41,437 nt of DNA from Bacillota bacterium (GTDB lineage Bacteria > Bacillota > Limnochordia > DTU087): contig JAAYGR010000170.1 of NCBI GenBank assembly GCA_012727675.1, positions 1-41,437 of the forward strand, written 5' to 3'. This document shows positions 35,216-41,437 of this stretch, in pieces. The stretch's first letter is position 1; every line of letters begins with the position of its first letter. Both the position numbers and the translations under genes were made by a program. The notes beneath the pieces are model-generated. The model was given only the letters and a program-made list of their open reading frames with translations, was not told the origin of the DNA and ran no database searches.

Positions 35216-35413
35216 TATCGAAACCCCCTTTGATAGATAGGTTCCCTAGGTACACTCATACTTCTGCGTATGGTGGGAATTTCCTTTGTTGGACAACCTG
35301 CAAAATCACCGGTCTATACAGCCTTTACGGCGGGGGGCTGCTACGAGCCAAGGCATGATATTTCGCCCCATAGCTGGGCACACCATTGTAAAAAAATACG
35401 GCAATATTGAGAC

Positions 35414-36421
35414 TCAGAAGGTTTCTCTTATGTAGGAACCAAGGTTTAGGAGGAATTCCTCATATGGAATCCCCGTATCTAGAGATTCCCTTCCTAACAG
35501 GACAGCACCAAGCTCGGGAGGCAGAATTGGAGGAGAGAAGTTGACTTGGGGGTGGGAACGGTTCAACATTTCAGAAATGGTTGTCCACAAGAGATTGCTG
35601 GGCCGCAGAAGCCCTCCCGTCCCGGCGGCAGGTATCGATTGTTGAGTCCACTCAAGCCGGGCCAATACCGCGCTGATCAGTTTAACTAGATGCTTCGCAG
35701 CATCAGTGATCAGGCATTGGCTTACCTCATCGCCTGCGACGGCTTCTTCCAGCACGATTTCCGCTAGTTTCGCGATTTCAGGTCTTTGGAGAGGTCCCTG
35801 GTATACTAGGGGAACTACTTCATCAGGGCGAGGGGTTCCCAGGAACGATGTGATTCTTTCGGTAAGGGATGTAGGTTTCCCCCGGCCATCGTATTCCCAG
35901 AGTACGGCGGTCAGCGCGGCTTTACCGATGAAGTAGCCGCTACCTTCATCGCCTAGGATGGGGCCCCAGCCTCCAGCACGAACTTCCCGACCGGTATCGT
36001 CAATACCGAAAGCGATAGATCCCGTACCGGCAATGAGGATGATCCCCGGTTTGTTTCCTGTGGCTGCGGCGAGGGCGACCCGGGCATCGTGCTCCACACG
36101 AAGTTGTGCAGGCCTTAAGGGCAGCTGATTCCAAATTACAGGCCAAAGGCGCTCTCTATCTAGGGGGCGGTCAGCCCCGGCTAAACCGGCGACAACTACC
36201 AACCTGCCCTCTAGGTCCTTCAATGAAAGCGAAAAATCCTCACCAGCCGCCTGAATGGCAGCAGCAGCGGCTGTGCCTATGGCCTTGCCGGCCTTCTCCA
36301 GACCAATAGTCTGGTAGTTGCTTGCCCCGCCGCGACCCTCGCCCAATACTTTTCCCGTTTCATCTGCGAGGATTGCCGTTGTCTTGGATCCACCGCCGTC
36401 GATACCCAGTATGTATCCCAT
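35414..36421 (-). CDS. BadF/BadG/BcrA/BcrD-type ATPase; probable N-acetylmuramic acid/N-acetylglucosamine kinase (MurK-like)
   Basis: The N-terminal phosphate-1 motif is ILGIDGGGSKT, followed by GTGS and GWGPILGDEGSG. It sits immediately downstream of murQ on the same strand. The start is ATG 36421 or 36433. Confidence 0.7.
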   Translation of the reverse strand: MGYILGIDGGGSKTTAILADETGKVLGEGRGGASNYQTIGLEKAGKAIGTAAAAAIQAAGEDFSLSLKDLEGRLVVVAGLAGADRPLDRERLWPVIWNQLPLRPAQLRVEHDARVALAAATGNKPGIILIAGTGSIAFGIDDTGREVRAGGWGPILGDEGSGYFIGKAALTAVLWEYDGRGKPTSLTERITSFLGTPRPDEVVPLVYQGPLQRPEIAKLAEIVLEEAVAGDEVSQCLITDAAKHLVKLISAVLARLEWTQQSIPAAGTGGLLRPSNLLWTTISEMLNRSHPQVNFSPPILPPELGAVLLGRESLDTGIPYEEFLLNLGSYIRETF

Positions 36422-36447
36422 ATGACCACCCATCGTTTTCAGTTGAA

Positions 36448-37401
36448 TTAATCCATTGTATTTCGACCAAGGGCAATGGCTTTGCGGACATAGCCTTCAG
36501 CCCTGTCCAGGAGCTGCCGGGCAGCGGCTGCATCCACCTGGAGCTTACCCATGACTACGGCTGTCTTAATATCGTTTCCGGAAGCCTCCAGCAAAGCCGC
36601 GGCATCATCAGCAGATACCCCAGCAGCGGCAGAAACTATCCGAACAGCCCGATGTACCAATTTGGTGTTGGTTATCTGCATGCCCATCATTAGGTTTTCA
36701 TAAACATGACCGAGTTTGACCATGGTGGCAGTGCTGATCATGTTGAGCACCATTTTTTGGGCTGAACCGGCCTTCATGCGGGTAGAACCTGTGAGGACCT
36801 CTGGACCGACTACAACTTCAATGGTCACATCGCTGTAATCCCGGAGGCGGCTGTTGTGATTGCAGGCTATGCCGATGGTAGCGGCCCCCCTCTTCCGGGC
36901 GGTCACTAAGGCGCCCAGGACAAAGGGTGTACTTCCGCTGGCGGCGATGCCCACTACCACATCGCTTTCCCCAATTCCCCGGAGTTTGAGTTCCTCACCG
37001 CCTTGGTGAAAATCGTCCTCCGCCTCTTCAACAGATTCGGTAATGGCCTTGGCTCCACCTGCTATAATTGCTTCGACGGTATCCAGACCGACCCCGAAGG
37101 TGGGTTTGATTTCCGCCACATCCAAAATGCCGAGGCGGCCGCTGGTGCCGGCTCCCACATAGAAGAGTCGTCCCCCTGCCTTCAAGCGGTTGGCAATCAG
37201 GTCTACTGCCTCTATGATCTCGGGGATGGCGGCGGCTACAGCCGGGGCAACCTTATGGTCTTCGGCGTTAATCAAAGTCAAGATCTCTTGGGTTGACATG
37301 GTGTCTAGCTGGAGAGAATTCTTATTGCGTTCCTCTGTTGTTAAGCTGCTGTTGCCAGCCAGCGGTTCCATACCGCAGCTGTGTTCTCCATAGTCCTTCA
37401 C
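36448..37401 (-). CDS. murQ: N-acetylmuramic acid 6-phosphate etherase
   Basis: The SIS domain carries YVGAGTSGRLG. The N-terminal segment LTTEERNKNSLQLDTMSTQEILTLINAEDHKVAPAV is typical of MurQ. GTG 37401 is preceded by a GAAAGGGGA SD; ATG 37371 is the alternative start. Confidence 0.85.
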   Translation of the reverse strand: MKDYGEHSCGMEPLAGNSSLTTEERNKNSLQLDTMSTQEILTLINAEDHKVAPAVAAAIPEIIEAVDLIANRLKAGGRLFYVGAGTSGRLGILDVAEIKPTFGVGLDTVEAIIAGGAKAITESVEEAEDDFHQGGEELKLRGIGESDVVVGIAASGSTPFVLGALVTARKRGAATIGIACNHNSRLRDYSDVTIEVVVGPEVLTGSTRMKAGSAQKMVLNMISTATMVKLGHVYENLMMGMQITNTKLVHRAVRIVSAAAGVSADDAAALLEASGNDIKTAVVMGKLQVDAAAARQLLDRAEGYVRKAIALGRNTMD

Positions 37402-37430
37402 TGCTGGGTCCCCTTTCCCATGGCTTTAGT

Positions 37431-38297
37431 CTAAAAGCGCTTGTCAGCTACTGCCTTTCTCGTCTTTTCCAAGCAGTCCATGACCATTTCGTATTTCCTC
37501 AGTACTACTCCTATATACAGAACATCGATTACACTCAATTGGGCAATGCGGGAGGCGATGGCGCCGCTTCTCAGGGTGGTTTCCCGGGAAGAAGTGAACA
37601 GCTTGATCTTGGCCTCTTGGGCTATTTGGGAGGCTGGGTAATTGGTGATGCAGATAGTGGTAGCTCCGGCAGTGTTGGCAATTGCCATTGCCGATACAAT
37701 GTCTTTGGTTTGGCCTGAGTGGGAAATTCCCACAGCCACATCACCGGTTTTCAGAAGCGCGGCCATGGCAGCCTGCATATGGGTGTCTATATGGGCATTG
37801 CAGTTGAGGCCGATGCGGAGAAATTTATGCTGCGCATCTTGGGCCACAATACCTGAAGCTCCCAAACCGTAGAAATCGATGCGCTGGGCACCGAGCATTG
37901 CATCGATGGCGGCTTCTAGGGCCCAATCGTCAAGGACCTCCTGTGTATCCTGCAAAGCTGCGATATTTACGTGGAACAGCTTTTCTTTAACTTGGCTGAT
38001 ATTATCATCCAGCTCAATCTCTCCGTACACCGGTTCTCCCGTCTGGGGCAGTTCCTGGGCCAAATTGATCTTAAGATCTTGATATCCCTTGTACCCAATG
38101 CGTTGAGCGAACTTGACTATGGCTGCATCGCTGACACCAACGATTTGGCTCAGTTCAGTAATGGACAGGTAGACTACCTCCTCCGGATGGGAGAGTATGT
38201 ATGATGCTACCTTTTGTTCAGAGGGCCTGAGGCTTGGCAGAAGTCCCCGCAGTCTAATTAGGCAGTTGCTTTGTTCGAAGGCATCTTTCATGTCCAT
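37431..38297 (-). CDS. MurR/RpiR family transcriptional regulator (HTH_6 plus SIS domain)
   Basis: The HTH region is LRPSEQKVASYILSHPEEVVYLSITELSQIVGVSDAAIVKFAQRIGYKGY. The SIS region has FYGLGASG and ISHSGQT. It sits directly upstream of murQ. The start is ATG 38297 or 38291; the ORF extends to 38381. Confidence 0.85.
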   Translation of the reverse strand: MDMKDAFEQSNCLIRLRGLLPSLRPSEQKVASYILSHPEEVVYLSITELSQIVGVSDAAIVKFAQRIGYKGYQDLKINLAQELPQTGEPVYGEIELDDNISQVKEKLFHVNIAALQDTQEVLDDWALEAAIDAMLGAQRIDFYGLGASGIVAQDAQHKFLRIGLNCNAHIDTHMQAAMAALLKTGDVAVGISHSGQTKDIVSAMAIANTAGATTICITNYPASQIAQEAKIKLFTSSRETTLRSGAIASRIAQLSVIDVLYIGVVLRKYEMVMDCLEKTRKAVADKRF

Positions 38298-38580
38298 CAC
38301 CGCTTTCTCAAATATTGCGTTGCAAATGTAATCAATAAAGTCAAGCCGTAGAGCAGCCAGACAGATGCTGCAAGACATCATATGGGAGAGTTCGCCGCAT
38401 AGGTTAAAAAACCTTCTAACGAAAATACAAGAAGTAAGAAGGATTAACTAAAGACGCGGTGAAAATAGTATTGAAAAATACACAGTGATTAGCAACATTC
38501 AGGAGGTGGTGGTGAAGCTGCAGGCTCGGCTATGGGGTTTTCGGCACAAAGGTCAGCTTAGTATGCGAGGAGGAAAGTCG

Positions 38581-39840
38581 ATGATAGTGACAAGAAAGAC
38601 GCTGATTATCTTGACAGTCATCGCCTGCCTGGGATTAATGCTGACTCCGGCAGCAATGGCGGAGAAGGTAAATCTGACGTTCTGGAGCTGGAGAACTGAA
38701 GACGTTGATGCATACAACAAATTCATCGCAGCGTTTAACGAGAAACATCCGGATATCAATATCGAGTTTGTTGCTTATCGGAACACCGAATACAACACCA
38801 TTCTCGCAACGGCGCTGCAGGCAGGCTCAGGCCCAGATATCATTCATCTGCGGGCTTACGGTGGAATGGAGCCCTTGGCCAAGGCTGGATACTTGATGGC
38901 TCTAGACGGAAAAGTGCCGGAGCTTGCGAACTTCAGTCGGGATGTGCTTCTGGGAGCAACCAACCGGGCTGACGGGAAGGTTTATGGAGTTCCCTTCGCT
39001 GTCCAGACAGTGCAGGTGCTTTACAACAAGGCCATCTTTAGGGAGCTTGGTTTGGAGGAGCCTTCCACTTGGGATGAATTCCTGCAGCTGGCAGCCAAGG
39101 TCAAAGAGGCAGGATACATACCCTTTGCCAACGGGGGCAAGGAAGGCTGGACATTGGAGACATATTTCGGAGCAGTAGCACCTACATTTTACGGCGGTAA
39201 CACCTTCTTTGAGGAAGTGACAACCGGCAAGACAACCTTTACCGATCCCCGCATCAAGGCGGCTATTGAAAAGATGCTGGAACTTAGGCCTTACCTGCCG
39301 GATCAGTATATGGGTGTCGGCTATACCGATATGCAGATGCTGTTCGCCCAGGAGATGGCCGCCATGTTCTTGGCAGGTATCTACGAGCTGGGCACCCTGG
39401 CCCAGATGAATCCTGATCTAGAAGTAGGACTGTTTGTGGTGCCAGCTGAAACTGCTGATCAGCTCAAGTACCTTACCATGTATGTAGACGGCTCCTATGG
39501 AATCAATGCCGCAACCAAACACCCAGAAGCAGCCCTTGAGTTTATCCGCTTCCTGGCAACCGAGGAATACGGCACAATGTTTACCAATACCCTCCAGCAG
39601 ATCTCGGCAGTTCCGGGAGTAGAGCCTGACAATGAACTTCTGGCAGAGGTCGTGGCCTTAATGGAGGAGAGCTCTTCACCCTACTTGATGCTGACAGCCT
39701 TCCGCTATGGTCAGCCCAGTGGGTCGACTCTGCTCCAGAATGAGCTCCAGGGAGTATTTGCAGGCGAAATCACTGTAGATGAAGCATTGGCCAATATCCA
39801 GGCTGGACTTGAGACTTGGTACGAGCCCTTCAAAAGATAG
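38581..39840 (+). CDS. ABC transporter extracellular solute-binding protein (family 1, carbohydrate type)
   Basis: SD GAGGAGG lies 6 nt before ATG 38581. The signal peptide is MIVTRKTLIILTVIACLGLMLTPAAMA. An NLTFWSW start to the mature domain is typical of sugar-binding proteins. Confidence 0.85.
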   Translation: MIVTRKTLIILTVIACLGLMLTPAAMAEKVNLTFWSWRTEDVDAYNKFIAAFNEKHPDINIEFVAYRNTEYNTILATALQAGSGPDIIHLRAYGGMEPLAKAGYLMALDGKVPELANFSRDVLLGATNRADGKVYGVPFAVQTVQVLYNKAIFRELGLEEPSTWDEFLQLAAKVKEAGYIPFANGGKEGWTLETYFGAVAPTFYGGNTFFEEVTTGKTTFTDPRIKAAIEKMLELRPYLPDQYMGVGYTDMQMLFAQEMAAMFLAGIYELGTLAQMNPDLEVGLFVVPAETADQLKYLTMYVDGSYGINAATKHPEAALEFIRFLATEEYGTMFTNTLQQISAVPGVEPDNELLAEVVALMEESSSPYLMLTAFRYGQPSGSTLLQNELQGVFAGEITVDEALANIQAGLETWYEPFKR

Positions 39841-39851
39841 GCAGATAATCT

Positions 39852-39889
39852 CCGGTAGGAAAGGTCTTAGCCAAGGCATTTCCTACCGG
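39852..39889 (+). other. Intercistronic stem-loop between the binding-protein and permease genes
   Basis: A perfect 11-bp stem CCGGTAGGAAA/TTTCCTACCGG with a 16-nt loop and no clear U-tract. Confidence 0.6.
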
Positions 39890-39911
39890 ATTCTTAGGAG
39901 AGTGAGTCCCT

Positions 39912-40832
39912 TTGGTTATCCGCTGGTTTCAGAAAAACATTTATGTCCTTTTCCTTCTTCCCGGTCTCATTTTATATACCGTCTTCATGGTATATCCGCT
40001 GACCTCTGCCCTTGGCTTTAGCCTATTCTCCTGGGATGGTTTGGTAAGGGGTGTCTACTGCGGTCTGGATAACTTTCGAACTGTCTTGCAGCAGGCACCG
40101 TACAATATCAGGTTTTGGAATGCCTTGAAGCATAACACTATATTTTTCGGGATCACCTTTGTGCTGCAGAGCACCCTAGGTCTATTCTTAGCAGTGCTCT
40201 TCACTAGACAGCGGAGAGGCTACGGCCTTCTGCAGACGTTGTTTTTTCTGCCCTATACATTGTCCATGGTAATTGTGGGCTTTCTTTGGCTTCTGCTGCT
40301 TAATCCTACTTGGGGCGCTTTCAATAAAGCTCTGCATCTCTTGGGCTTAGGGAAATTGGCACAGCCTTGGTTAGGTCAGACGGAGACCGCTCTGTTCACT
40401 GTGATTATGGTTAATGCTTGGCGCTGGCTGGGGTTTCCTATCTTGGTCTTCAAGGCTGGGCTGCAGGGAATATCTGAGGAGTACCATGAGGCGGCGAGGG
40501 TAGATGGGGCCAGCGGCTGGCAGGTATTTCGGCATATAACACTGCCCCTTGTTATGCCGACTATAGGTATGGTTACTATCCTGACCTTTATCTGGATTTT
40601 CAACACCTTTGAGTTGGTGTTTGTTATGCAGGGGTCCAGCGGCAACCCGTATTACTCAACTGATATCCTGGGGACCTTCTTCTATCGGACAGCTTTCGGT
40701 GATTCCACCACCGGTGGCGAACCTGGACAGATAGGAATTGCCTCGGCCATTGCTATATTGATGTTCCTCATTGTAGCTATTGTGTCGTATTTTGGCGTCC
40801 GCATGATCCGGCAAAGCGAAGTGGAGTATTGA
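39912..40832 (+). CDS. Carbohydrate ABC transporter permease (MalF/UgpA-like)
   Basis: SD AGGAGAG lies before TTG 39912. Six TM segments are present, and the EAA loop is EEYHEAARVDGASGWQVFRHITLP. Confidence 0.85.
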   Translation: MVIRWFQKNIYVLFLLPGLILYTVFMVYPLTSALGFSLFSWDGLVRGVYCGLDNFRTVLQQAPYNIRFWNALKHNTIFFGITFVLQSTLGLFLAVLFTRQRRGYGLLQTLFFLPYTLSMVIVGFLWLLLLNPTWGAFNKALHLLGLGKLAQPWLGQTETALFTVIMVNAWRWLGFPILVFKAGLQGISEEYHEAARVDGASGWQVFRHITLPLVMPTIGMVTILTFIWIFNTFELVFVMQGSSGNPYYSTDILGTFFYRTAFGDSTTGGEPGQIGIASAIAILMFLIVAIVSYFGVRMIRQSEVEY

Positions 40833-40860
40833 TGCAGAAATGAAATGGGGAGAGTGGACT

Positions 40861-41437
40861 ATGCACGAAAGGTCAAGGGTACTTAAGCGCTGGGTGGTAG
40901 AAGGAGCTATATACCTGCTCCTCATTGTTCTGGCCTTTATCTTTGTCTATCCAATATTCCTTATGATTATTACTGCCTTCAAGTCCACCAGGGAGATATT
41001 CATGAACCCCTTCGGTCTGCCCCGGGTGTGGAGCTTCGAAACCTTTGGTAAGGTGTGGCAGAGAGCCCATTTTAATACTTACTTCCTCAACAGTGTAACT
41101 GTAACTTTGATCTCTACGATCCTTGTCTTGACATGTTCTTCACTGGCTGCTTATGCCCTCAGCCGCTATCAATTCCGGCTCAGTAATTTCTTTTATATGT
41201 TTTTCTTGGCGGGTATTATGATCCCTATTCGTTTGGGAATCCTCCCCTTGTTCTTGTTGATGCGTGATCTAAACTTATTGAACACCCACTGGTCCTTGGT
41301 GCTGACCTACGCGGCTAGCGGAATGCCCATGTCGGTTTTTCTGCTTACCGGCTTTTTCAAGACGATACCCAAGGACCTGGAGTACTCAGCCCGCATCGAC
41401 GGCTGTACTGACCTGCAGATTTTCTACCGCATTATGC
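40861..41437 (+). CDS. Carbohydrate ABC transporter permease (MalG/UgpE-like), 3'-partial
   Basis: SD GGGGAGAG lies before ATG 40861. I translated it myself: MHERSRVLKRWVVEGAIYLLLIVLAFIFVYPIFLMIITAFKS...KDLEYSARIDGCTDLQIFYRIM, where the EAA loop begins. The frame is open to the window end and the ORF is absent from the ORF track because it has no stop. Confidence 0.85.
   Translation, partial: MHERSRVLKRWVVEGAIYLLLIVLAFIFVYPIFLMIITAFKSTREIFMNPFGLPRVWSFETFGKVWQRAHFNTYFLNSVTVTLISTILVLTCSSLAAYALSRYQFRLSNFFYMFFLAGIMIPIRLGILPLFLLMRDLNLLNTHWSLVLTYAASGMPMSVFLLTGFFKTIPKDLEYSARIDGCTDLQIFYRIM

Noticed and set aside
38485-38580. An N-terminal 32-aa extension of the binding protein from GTG 38485, or from the GTG run after AGGAGG at ~38501.
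   Set aside because: ATG 38581 has its own GAGGAGG SD and yields a canonical signal peptide. The upstream AGGAGG-GTG start cannot be excluded but would add a non-signal-like leader.
1-41437. A search by eye for CRISPR arrays, IS elements, phage genes, toxin-antitoxin pairs or known defence genes.
   Set aside because: I found no regularly spaced short direct repeats, transposase or integrase-like ORFs, or recognisable defence-system domains. The only repeat structure is the in-frame coding repeat at 12-1019.

Overview
This is a gene-dense chromosomal stretch: about 37 protein genes (two cut by the window edges), one tRNA-Arg(TCG), and several clear rho-independent terminators. Strong AGGAGG-type ribosome-binding sites (SD), frequent GTG/TTG starts, rubrerythrin, nitroreductases, LysM and Gram-positive-style signal peptides suggest an anaerobic Bacillota-like organism; that assignment is inference only. 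I found no transposase, integrase, phage gene, CRISPR array or rRNA.

Content is a mix of housekeeping and accessory functions:
- Redox enzymes: three Gfo/Idh/MocA or Zn-ADH dehydrogenases, an aldo/keto reductase with an Fe-S tail, two nitroreductases, rubrerythrin, flavodoxin, a YyaL-type thioredoxin-domain protein and a DJ-1/PfpI protein.
- Signalling: a chemoreceptor, an orphan histidine kinase and a GGDEF cyclase.
- Core metabolism and repair: pncB, a plsC-like acyltransferase and RtcB.
- A MurNAc recycling cluster (RpiR-type regulator, murQ, BadF-type kinase) divergent from a sugar ABC importer.

I cannot point to a demonstrably new system from sequence alone. The best candidates for follow-up are:
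1. A URO-D/MT2-like enzyme fused to a CPPC thioredoxin-fold domain and translationally coupled to a COG0523 GTPase with an altered Cys motif (20156-22413).
2. A multi-TM histidine kinase translationally coupled to a nitroreductase, with no response regulator nearby (17906-20046).
3. A repeat protein ending in a Trp/acidic tail (1-1115).
4. A chemoreceptor with a complete CZB zinc-binding motif in the extracytoplasmic sensor position (4990-5181).
5. A DEDDh exonuclease-BRCT fusion next to the tRNA (30253-31542).

All functional calls come from motif recognition by eye; no searches were run.
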